NCBI GenBank assembly: GCA_951406725.2
Contig: OX597816.1
Span: 101,742,001-101,806,000 of the forward strand
Source of the DNA: Octopus vulgaris
Taxonomy: Eukaryota
Length of the DNA stretch: 64,000 nucleotides
Reading direction: 5' to 3'
Shown here: positions 38,901-46,400 of the stretch, one piece after another
Layout of the letters: each line of letters starts with the position of its first letter
Position numbering within the stretch: the first letter of the stretch is position 1
Notes under the pieces: model-generated
What the model was told of the DNA's origin: nothing
The model's database searches: none
Seen by the model: only the letters and a program-made list of their open reading frames with translations
Program-made: the position numbers and the translations under genes

Positions 38901-41463
38901 GTCACGGTCGCGGTCTCGATCTCGGTCCCTGTCTCTGTCTCTGTCTCGATTCAAGTCCCTTTCTCGGTCACCACGGTCCCTGTCACGGTCTCGACTGACA
39001 CCACAACCGCTTATGTACGAACTGCACATGCTATTGTGCATCCCATGCTGATGGCTCTCACAGCCTTTCAATGAGATCACAGGGATTGCTTCACCAACAC
39101 CACTGCCACTGCATTCCCCACCATCTGTCAACAATGGCGGGTTTGATTTGGGGTGTCCCAAGGGTGGGCCATGGTACATGCTGCTACCATTGTTGTGAAT
39201 GTTGTTATTGTTAATGTTGTTATTTGTCCCTGAACCACTCCCTGGTCCTATGCAGGCCCTACCTAGGGGAGGAAGGGGTGGAGGGGGCTGCTGCTTCTGA
39301 CCTGTAGATGGAACACTCCCTGGAGACTTCCACTGTGGGAAGTGGTTGGGTCTGGAAGCCATACTGCTGTGGACAGGATATGTGGTGGGGTACGACCCAC
39401 TCCAGACATTAGGATATGGTTGGCACAATGGGGCTGTTGCCGCTGCAGCAGCTGCTGCTGCTGCCGCTGCTGCTACAGGGCCAATCAGAGATGTAGGTGG
39501 TGGAAGGGGTGGTAGGGGAGGTGGTGGCACAGACACACCCACCGTCACACACCCACTAGGATTGTTTGGTGGAAACGGGGGCATCCCTAAGGAGCCAGGT
39601 AATGGTGGTGGAGGAGGCGGGGGACCCCCAGAGGGTACATATCCACCTACCCCACTGCCAATGCTCTGTGATGGAAGTGGTACCGGAGGTGGTGGACCGA
39701 CTGGTGGTGGAGGTGGAGGAGGAACAGAAACGCCACTACCCTGAGGTGGGAGAGACAGTGGGTGTTGAGGTGGAACAACTGGAGCAGCTTGTCGGTTGGG
39801 AGCATTAATGAGCTGAGGTGGTGGAGAGCTGAGGTAGTTGACAGGATGTACAGCAAGCTGGAAAAAAAAAATAAGATAAACTAAGTCCTGGGATATGCAT
39901 GAATATAGAAATACTACTATAATCATCATCATCATCGTTTAACGTCCGTTTTCCATGCTAGCATGGGTTGGACGGTTCAAATGGGAAGCCAGTAGGCTGC
40001 ACCAGGCCCAGTCTGATCTGGCAATGTTTCTACAGCTGGATGCCCTTCCTAACGCCAACCACTCCGTGAGTGTAGTGGGTGCTTTTTACGTGCCACCTGC
40101 ACAGGTGCCAGAGAAGGCTGGCAAACAGCCATGATCGGATGGTGCTTTTTACGTGCCACCGGCACGGGGGCCAGACAAGGTTGGCAATGGCCACAATCGG
40201 ATGGTGCTTTTTATGTGCCATAATAATAATAATAATAATGATGATGATGATGATGATTTCAAATTTTTCACACAAGACCAGCAATTTACAAGGAAAAGAA
40301 AGTCGATTACATCAACCCCAGTGATCAGCTGATACTAATTTTATCAACCCTGAAAAGATAAAAGACAAAGTCAACCTTGGCAGAATTTGAATTTAGAACG
40401 TGAAGACAGATGAAATGTCACTAAGCATTTTGCCCAGCGTGCTAACAATTCTGCCAGCATGATGATGAGAAGAAGAAGAAGAACACCAACAACAACAACA
40501 GTGGTGGCACAGATGCAACAACAACAACAACAACAAAGCACAGATGTTCACTTTCCAATCACATGGTTCCAAGTTCAGTTCCACAGCATTGTACCTAAGG
40601 CAAGTGTTTTATACTATCAACCCAGGCCAACCAAACCCTTGTGAGTGAATTTGTGTCTTTATTTATGTCAATGCCCTACAAAGTTTGCAAGCTTGAAGCA
40701 GTGATGTTGTCACTTCCTTCATCAACAAATCACCTGCTAGCTTTGAGAACAGGTAAGGATAGCAACAGGAAAGGTGTCCAGTTATAAAACAATGCCTCAA
40801 TAATATATTCATCTAACCCATACTAGAACAGAGAAAGAGATATAAAAACAAATGAACAACAATAATAACAATAGTTTCAAATTTTGGCACAGGCCAGCAG
40901 CTTTTTTGTCTTTTTTAAAGGGAGGGGGAAGTCAATTACAGTGACCCCAGTACTAGAATGGCACTTATTTTATCAATCATGAAAGTATGAAAGGCAAAGT
41001 CAACCTTGGTGGATTTTGAACTCAGAACATAAAAACAAACAAAATGTTGTTATGCATAGCTGCATTTCGTCTGGCTTGCTAACAGTTCTGCCAGCTCACC
41101 ACCTTAACAGCAACAACAATAATGGTTTCTGATTTAAGTACAAGGCCAGCAATCTGGGAGGAGTTGGCCAATAAAATCAACTCCAGTACTTGACTGGTAC
41201 TTTATTTTATTAACCCTGGAGGAATGTAAGGCAAAATTGACCTTGATGAGATTTGAACTCAAAACATAAACAGCTAATAATTATATCAATTCACCACCTT
41301 AAATAATAATATTGTAATTGAAAGAATAAAGGCAAAGTGAGGCCTACAAGATGAAACTAAATAGAGTACAACATTAAGACCAGTATCACTGTATTTTCCA
41401 GCATTCAAGTCGAATTTTTCAGACCAAAATTTACAGCCCCCAAAATTAGTCAACTCACACCAT
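225..41463 (-). CDS. DROSHA: Drosha ribonuclease III, spliced gene (about 27 exons in window, 3' end outside window)
   Basis: Manually spliced GT-AG exons keep frame and give P-rich and RS-rich N-terminus, central domain ([25 protein letters not shown]), RNase IIIa ([15 protein letters not shown]), RNase IIIb ([14 protein letters not shown]) and dsRBD start ([19 protein letters not shown]), matching remembered animal Drosha. Confidence 0.98.
1245..1436 (-). mobile_element. SINE family B copy (other copies near 16338-16560 +, 22290-22495, 24545-24680, 40255-40458, 40870-41300)
   Basis: Recurrent motif ggcacaaggcc...accccagtgctcaactggtact...atttgaactcagaac...attctgccagc with a B-box-like GTTCAAAT on the opposite strand. 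Confidence 0.75.
1925..2336 (-). mobile_element. Full-length tRNA-derived SINE family A
   Basis: A box TGGCTGTGTGG, B box GGTTCAGTCC, central (TA)/(TG) microsatellite, (AAAGAGTA)n tail; many other copies in window. Confidence 0.88.
2935..3017 (-). CDS. DROSHA: Drosha exon, RNase IIIb end ([28 protein letters not shown])
   Basis: cag/gtaagt, 83 bp, phase fits. Confidence 0.96.
3326..3467 (-). CDS. DROSHA: Drosha exon, RNase IIIb ([21 protein letters not shown]...KADLLE)
   Basis: tag/gttagt, 142 bp. Confidence 0.96.
3621..3900. repeat. 23-bp minisatellite (GGGGACCCACCCGAAACTACAAG, about 6 units) bounded by a short inverted repeat
   Basis: Tandem units at 3627-3758; CTAAGGGGACCCA at the left and TGGGTCCCTTAG at 3889-3900. 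Confidence 0.75.
5949..7772 (+). pseudogene. RTE reverse transcriptase ORF with one in-frame TAA at 7296-7298
   Basis: ORFs 5949-7298 and 7308-7772 are in the same frame; endonuclease domain absent. Confidence 0.9.
7856..8612 (+). repeat. About 4 tandem units of 177-199 bp in the RTE 3'UTR
   Basis: GACAGGCACCCATGCCAACCCC recurs at about 7858, 8050, 8227 and 8426. Confidence 0.9.
8841..9080 (+). mobile_element. 3' half of SINE family A
   Basis: Reverse complement of about 1925-2150, including the AAAGAGTA tail. Confidence 0.85.
9826..9931 (-). CDS. DROSHA: Drosha exon, RNase IIIb signature ([35 protein letters not shown])
   Basis: cag/gtgagt, 106 bp. Confidence 0.97.
10665..10768 (-). CDS. 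DROSHA: Drosha exon ([34 protein letters not shown])
   Basis: cag/gtaagt, 104 bp. Confidence 0.96.
11707..11876 (-). CDS. DROSHA: Drosha exon (GALFLDGG...[25 protein letters not shown])
   Basis: cag/gtactt, 170 bp. Confidence 0.95.
12140..12450. repeat. Two SINE-A 3' ends in inverted orientation
   Basis: TTCTTTGTAAGCCTAGTACTTATTCTATC and its exact reverse complement about 75 bp apart; arm similarity extends about 130 bp. Confidence 0.85.
12499..12601 (-). CDS. DROSHA: Drosha exon, RNase IIIa ([34 protein letters not shown])
   Basis: tag/gtaagt, 103 bp. Confidence 0.97.
13219..13318 (-). CDS. DROSHA: Drosha exon, RNase IIIa ([33 protein letters not shown])
   Basis: cag/gtttgt, 100 bp. Confidence 0.96.
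14587..14707 (-). CDS. DROSHA: Drosha exon, RNase IIIa signature ([40 protein letters not shown])
   Basis: cag/gtaaac, 121 bp; this frame is absent from the ORF track. Confidence 0.97.
14812..15165 (-). mobile_element. RTE 3'-tail copy
   Basis: (CAT)n-TTTAAC...CCATGCTGGCATGGGTTGGACGG...GGATGCCCTTCCTAA, reverse complement of the LINE 3' end. Confidence 0.8.
16229..16813. repeat. About 41-bp inverted repeat pair enclosing a SINE-B (possible MITE remnant)
   Basis: 16229-16270 versus the reverse complement of 16773-16813, a few mismatches. Confidence 0.7.
16865..17003 (-). CDS. DROSHA: Drosha exon ([46 protein letters not shown])
   Basis: cag/gtctgt, 139 bp. Confidence 0.96.
17929..18036 (-). 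CDS. DROSHA: Drosha exon ([36 protein letters not shown])
   Basis: cag/gtaggt, 108 bp. Confidence 0.96.
18340..18680 (+). mobile_element. Degenerate RTE 3'-tail copy
   Basis: AAGGGCATCCAGCTGTAG...CCATGCCAGCATGGAAAA. Confidence 0.7.
18849..18927 (-). CDS. DROSHA: Drosha exon ([26 protein letters not shown])
   Basis: cag/gtatgt, 79 bp. Confidence 0.96.
20018..20146 (-). CDS. DROSHA: Drosha exon ([42 protein letters not shown])
   Basis: cag/gtgagt, 129 bp. Confidence 0.96.
20622..20765. repeat. About 59-bp tandem repeat, about 2.5 copies
   Basis: AGAACTAACCTCACCTTTATTGGTGAGCATA repeated. Confidence 0.75.
21297..21421 (-). CDS. DROSHA: Drosha exon ([12 protein letters not shown]...[17 protein letters not shown])
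   Basis: cag/gtatga, 125 bp. Confidence 0.96.
22544..22713 (-). CDS. DROSHA: Drosha exon ([17 protein letters not shown]...GMIVSKPGM)
   Basis: cag/gttagt, 170 bp. Confidence 0.96.
23464..23611 (-). CDS. DROSHA: Drosha exon ([26 protein letters not shown]...[15 protein letters not shown])
   Basis: cag/gtgagt, 148 bp. Confidence 0.96.
23833..24185 (+). mobile_element. SINE family A copy
   Basis: TGGCTGTGTGGTAAGTAGCTTGC...GGTTCAGTCCCACTGC head, (TG)n(CT)n centre, same tail. Confidence 0.85.
25449..25520 (-). CDS. DROSHA: Drosha exon ([24 protein letters not shown])
   Basis: tag/gtgagt, 72 bp. Confidence 0.96.
26097..26183 (-). CDS. DROSHA: Drosha exon ([29 protein letters not shown])
   Basis: cag/gtaagt, 87 bp. 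Confidence 0.96.
27753..27839 (-). CDS. DROSHA: Drosha exon ([29 protein letters not shown])
   Basis: cag/gttagt, 87 bp. Confidence 0.95.
28057..28137 (-). CDS. DROSHA: Drosha exon ([27 protein letters not shown])
   Basis: tag/gtttgt, 81 bp. Confidence 0.97.
28777..30270 (-). mobile_element. Older degenerate RTE LINE pieces (3'UTR 28777-29340; EN-RT linker about 29620-30270)
   Basis: Reverse complement of 29640-30010 resembles 5830-6185 ([13 protein letters not shown]); tail motif at 28777. Confidence 0.8.
30635..30774 (-). CDS. DROSHA: Drosha exon (acidic tract then [20 protein letters not shown])
   Basis: cag/gtaagt, 140 bp. Confidence 0.96.
30881..30931 (-). CDS. DROSHA: Putative 51-nt symmetric cassette exon of Drosha ([17 protein letters not shown])
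   Basis: ttttccag acceptor, G|gtaaga donor, phase 1-1, open frame; no homology support. Confidence 0.55.
31417..31665 (-). mobile_element. Young RTE 3'-tail copy
   Basis: Near-identical to the reverse complement of about 8590-8835. Confidence 0.85.
32511..32700 (+). mobile_element. CR1/L2-type LINE 3' fragment with internal deletion
   Basis: [35 protein letters not shown] followed directly by a tail ending in (TTA)n. Confidence 0.75.
34122..34350 (+). mobile_element. Mariner-derived non-autonomous element
   Basis: TA|TTGGATTAGAGCATAATTATTACGGC...GCTGCAATAATTTATGCACCAACCCAA|TA; interior encodes [15 protein letters not shown], similar to a mariner transposase C-terminus. Confidence 0.8.
35518..35671 (-). 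CDS. DROSHA: Drosha exon ([51 protein letters not shown])
   Basis: cag/gtaagt, 154 bp. Confidence 0.9.
36467..36611 (-). CDS. DROSHA: Drosha exon ([16 protein letters not shown]...[15 protein letters not shown])
   Basis: tag/gtaagc, 145 bp, conserved WIRC motif. Confidence 0.92.
37840..37995 (-). CDS. DROSHA: Drosha exon, RS-rich ([15 protein letters not shown]...SDSRES)
   Basis: cag/gtaagt, 156 bp, phase 2-2. Confidence 0.88.
38320..38534. mobile_element. piggyBac-like MITE
   Basis: TTAA|CCTGTCAGCATTTA...TGAATGCTAAAGGG|TTAA. Confidence 0.7.
38557..39857 (-). CDS. DROSHA: Drosha large N-terminal exon with proline-rich, poly-Ala, poly-Asn, (RD)n and Ser-rich segments
   Basis: T-rich ccag acceptor, gtaaga donor, 1301 bp open frame that splices in phase to the next exon. 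Confidence 0.9.
39922..40220 (-). mobile_element. Young RTE 3'-tail copy about 65 bp from the Drosha large-exon acceptor
   Basis: Same tail consensus as the LINE. Confidence 0.85.
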
Positions 41464-41564
41464 GATGACTTTGGAGAACTAAAAATTCAATGTGAAATAT
41501 ATGAGGGTTTGAAAACAGTGGTAATGTTTGAATATTTACACTACAAACTACGTTGACTTGTATG
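41461..41564 (-). CDS. DROSHA: Putative Drosha exon that is mostly 5'UTR and ends in the initiator ATG (41463-41461)
   Basis: ttttcag acceptor at 41565-41566; GTCATCATG|gtgtga joins in frame to LAVHPV; A at -3. Confidence 0.5.
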
Positions 41565-42849
41565 CTGAAAAACAATATACTAATTCTACCTTCAACTGTT
41601 TTTGTAATCACTCCTAAACAGTGATACATTGTATTACTACAACAGGGAACATTTGTAAAGGGTGAATACAGGAAATTATACAAGATTGGGACTTAACCTA
41701 AAAAGGAAGAAAAGCAATGTCAATCTCCATAAAATTTGATCACAAGATATACAATGATACGATGATACTTTTAAGCATTTAGACCAGCCTCTTCAATCAA
41801 AGTTGACCTAGCATTAAACAATGCATGTTATATACATTCACAAATTGTATATGCTCATCCTCAAATTCTCACTTAACTTTTCTCCTAAAACTATGACCTT
41901 TCTTAGGATCAATCAATGCTCATATCTTACTGTAAATAACAATCTGCAGAAGATCATCCTGAACATCAAATACTATGATTTTAGCAATCTGAGAAATCTT
42001 GCAAAGATTATGAGCACTACACATTCTATTTTGACTAAGTAATTCTAATTAGTAATATCTATTGATGTTGAAATTACTCAGGGCTTGTTTTTAGTGATGT
42101 ATATTTAATCAAATTGATTTAATCAACCCAGTAATGGACTGGGTTGATTAAATAAGTCCAATCAACTCGTGTGATTTGAACTTAAAATGCAAAGAGATGT
42201 AGCCAAATAGTACAGTATTTTATCCAGTATTCTACCAGTTCTGCTATCCGATAATTTAATAATAATATTTATATTATTATTATTATAAAAGCAGTTACTA
42301 TTCATCTTTTACTTGTTTCAATCTTTGGAACTGTGGCCATGCTAGGGCACAGCTTTGACAGGTTTAGTCAAACAAATCGTCTCTGCTATTTATTTTTTGT
42401 GAGCCTGTTACTTATTCTAAACTGCCAAGTTATGGGGATGTAAACAAACCAACACCGATTGTCTAACAGTGGTTGGAACAAAAAACAAATACACAAACAC
42501 TGTGTGTGTGTAAAGATAGATCCAAGGATCAAAGTGTAGGAAGTAAGCCTAGAAGGTATGAAAAACAACTTAAAGGAACAATAGTAGTTTATTGACGTGG
42601 AAGGTTGTAAATTTTTCAACATCAAAGTTCGATGAGCTGGAAAAAGTTATTTTATAGTGCACGTTTAGCAACTGAGGTTGCTAACATGGGATCCCTTGAC
42701 GACAATGTAACCTTCATTTGGTAAAGGTAACTTAGGTCTGATGTGTAGCTGGTGGAGCACCCCTCGTTGTGTAATTATTACTTCTGAGGTTCTGCTAGCT
42801 AGGAAACATGTGTAGCCTGGAGTTTACCTACTCCATTTACTAAATTAGT

Positions 42850-43102
42850 GATTAGGGCATTCGGCTCACGATCGTAAGGTCGTGAGTTCAATTCCCGGCG
42901 ACGTGTTGTGTCCTTGAGCAAGACACTTTATTTCACGTTGCTCCAGTCTACTCCAGTCTACACGTGTCTGTGGAGTGCTCAGCCACTTGCACGTTAATTT
43001 CACGAGCAAGCGGATCTATTCAGTTTCAATCTGAATAGATCCGAGCAAGCTGTTCTGTTGATCGTATCAGCTGGGACCCTCTCGTCATCAAAACCGACAG
43101 TG

Positions 43103-43105
<3 letters not shown>
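42850..43105 (+). mobile_element. tRNA-derived SINE family C
   Basis: ...GGTCGTGAGTTCAATTCCCGG B box followed by GTTGTGTCCTTGAGCAAGACACTT core. Confidence 0.7.
43012..43042. mobile_element. 31-bp hairpin insertion with perfect 8-bp flanking duplication (Merlin-like)
   Basis: GAGCAAGC|GGATCTATTCAG-tttcaat-CTGAATAGATCC|GAGCAAGC. Confidence 0.6.
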
Positions 43106-43142
<37 letters not shown>

Positions 43143-43143
<1 letters not shown>

Positions 43144-43262
43144 TTTATTTTAAGCAGCAGAAAATTCAACAAAATCTGTTACTCTGAGTTTCTCGTTGCC
43201 GAACGGCAACGAGAAACTCAGAGTAACAGATTTTGTTGAATTTTCTGCTGCTTAAAATAAAG
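43143..43262. repeat. Perfect 59-bp-arm inverted repeat with 2-nt spacer (Penelope-like remnant extending to about 43333)
   Basis: 43143-43201 is the exact reverse complement of 43204-43262; (TA)n on both sides of the block. Confidence 0.92.
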
Positions 43263-44094
43263 CATATTACTCTACCACTGGTATTTGAGTACTCTTTTTT
43301 CCACCTTGTTTCACATTTATGTGTTTACTCCGGTATATATATATATATATATATATATGACGGGTTTCTTTCAGTTTCCACCAACCAAATCTACTCACAA
43401 AGTTGCTCTCTTAAATAGGAAAAAAAAATTCCTATTCTTGTTTTAACAAAGCCTAAACTGAGTATTTTCTTTTACTATCAATTCGAAAGGATTCAGTTCA
43501 TATGAAAGATAAAAAAAAATTTTTTTAAATGCAAGTGGACGGAGGATAGTTCAAAGAAGACATGTGACAAACCTAGAAGTGCACAAATACGATGACACAA
43601 AATTAAAACAAAAAATTTTACTGCAGATTTGCCTAATTCATGCTATCAAAAAGAAAATGTTAAAATTATAATGATGACTGTGACAGTGGTGTAATAAATG
43701 AAGCTATTAGGGTTGTATAGTAGCCAATTCTGCTTCATTATGATAGAAAATGCCCTTCGAAGCATTAGCCTCTATCGCGGACACATTTTTTGATACAACA
43801 GCTCCATAACAGCAGACAGATTCCAATTATAACAGCTGATATTCTTCTCCCACGAAAACATCTGATTGGACAGGTCTATTTGATACCGCAATTTTGGAAT
43901 TTTAGAAAACAAAATTCAAATAAAGACAAGGGAACCATGACTAACCTCAGGACAATATTGAGTGAACTTTGCGTTGCTGCATTACCAAAGCAAAAGAACC
44001 AGCTAGTAGTTGCTACCCTAGTAGTTACAATAGTTGAAAAGATGATCCTATATGTACAACAGATTTGTACTAATGTGCAGGTGTAAATGGATAG

Positions 44095-44156
<62 letters not shown>

Positions 44157-45149
44157 TGTATAAACGCACATATTAACAAGATTGAGAGAGCACTGCAATG
44201 CAACAAGTCGCAAATGGCAAAATCTATTTTTCTAAATAGCATTCGCTACTATATAGTATTGCATAACGGGACAAAATACATTGCTGACTGAAGATCAAAG
44301 ACGATGTGTGTGAATACACATAAATAATATCATAATTTGCACTTTCCATATCAATTCGAGCACTCATCTGAATTCCTGCTTATAATTACTAATAAACAGC
44401 CCTAAAATAGTAAAAGAAAAAAGTTATAAGGACAAGAATGAGTGTTGGCGGGTGGATGTATTTGTGTAAATATATAATTATATACATACATACACACATT
44501 CAAAAGAAATCTTTTATCTGATACAAATCATCGCTTTATTTGCAGTGAGGGTACTGTTGATTAAATCGACTCCAGTTGTGATGTTTAAAACTGAATGAAA
44601 AGACTTCTGGCCAAATATATTCGTTCATTTATCAGGACCAAAGTATTCAATAAACCTTTCCCTTTCTTTTAATGCTGTGTGATGTAATTTAAGAAGAAAA
44701 TTAGCTGTTATATCTAGCGTGTTAAAAGGCTGTGTATAGGTTGGCTCTACTATTGATCAGAGTAGTCCTTTACATGAATTTATACATATACATATATTTA
44801 TATAAAAATATTCGTATACTTAGCGTTAGGTAAACATACCAGTATTTTCCTTTACATAGGTATATTAAATCATTCGGTCTTTCCGTTGATTTGGCTCATA
44901 GACATTGGTTATAGCTCCAACTAATTTTAAATTAGTTGCAGAGCACTCTCAGTGAATTAATGCTTCAATTAGACGAATTAGATATGCCTTGTGGGGGATA
45001 TATCTAATTATCAAACATACACACACACACACATATATGTATATATATGTATATATATATATATACACACACACACATACTCACACATATTATTTTTTAA
45101 AGCATGGTTAAATATTGCAAAATTGGACGAGAATATATATTCCATCAAC

Positions 45150-46400
45150 TTACTCGAGGCTGTGGTACATAATTTGATCCACGAGATACAACGGGTCTCC
45201 CTCTATATGACATTCCTTTTGCCAGATTAGAGTTTTAAAAAAATTCAAAATCCTATCACAAATCACAGCATCTGGCCGGCATTGCGTATTCCGTTCAAAC
45301 CTTGTTGATTTACCGGTGTAAAAATTTAAATTATGGCCTTCAAAAATATTACCACTGGGATTTGGTATGTATTTACTTTTAAGCCACAAATTCGCGAAAA
45401 CAATATTAAACAATGATTTAACTCTTGAAAATAAAAGCATCTTATTCTGCTCTATTATGCTCAAACAATAAATGTATTCCAATTATTAATTTCGACCAAG
45501 TTCCGATGTCATAGAATAGATCCAATTTTTCCTTGGTTATTCTTCGGACTGTGTCGCTCAGTTGGGGGTGGACTGCCGGCGAGAAAATTACAGGAATTGT
45601 TTTCGATTCTCACTCGTAGTTATTTTGTTTAAAAGCAAAATTATTGATGTCCAATGTTATGAACGTCACAATCCCTCATTTCTTCCGCTTCTTGGTGACT
45701 ATATTTTATCCTAAAAGTTATGCACGAGGTATGATGGCTTTTGTTGTTTTCAAAGCCTAACGACATCTAAAGTATAGTTTGATAGGAAATCTTGAAGAGA
45801 TATTATGGAATCCAAAGAAGCACAATTAGTATTCGATGATTTAATTGCCTGGAGTTCATATTGCATCACATGTTCAGTGATAACCCTTTTGAAAGATATT
45901 TATTGTGTAAACATTATACTGCATAAAACCTTATCGGGACAATCAATTAAAATAAACAGGATACTATTTATTTCTTTTAATTGACTCATCTTGATTTAAT
46001 CTGTATACTTTTGTTGTCTTTTAAATTCTTAAATTTCAAAATAATTACAAAAATGCACTGATAAATCTAGAGTTCCCAAGCGGAAAGACTTTCCTTGAAA
46101 TCGTTTGGGTTAAAGGATATTGTTATCACACGTAAGGTAAAGACATTGGTCTCTGACTAAGGAACAATTTCGTGAAAATTGTAAGGAATTAAATGAGAAG
46201 TTCTAGGCGAAGGTAAAGAACACGCACACCACTCGTTTTCGGTCTTTAGGGGTAGGTTAGGGTTACGCCAAAAACGGGTGGAGTGCGTATTTTTTAACTC
46301 CACCAAGTTCTGATGCGGTTCGTAACTTAATAACTTTAGTGGGGAAAATAAAGAAAATTAGATGTAAGTGGAAGTCGGTTAACCTGAAATTTACCTTTTG
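45150..46400. promoter_or_regulatory. Probable Drosha promoter / first-exon region
   Basis: CpG looks more frequent here than in the gene body (judged by eye); GGAAG(T/C) motifs near 45685 and 46370; candidate minus-strand donors near 45312 and 45612; TSS not determinable. Confidence 0.35.
46206..46304. mobile_element. Merlin-like MITE with TTAGGG-type core
   Basis: GG...CC termini, about 34-bp imperfect TIRs, flanks AAGTTCTA/AAGTTCTG. Confidence 0.7.

Noticed and set aside
38741-39808. Plus-strand RS-rich and Gly-rich ORFs
   Set aside because: Antisense shadows of the low-complexity Drosha exon
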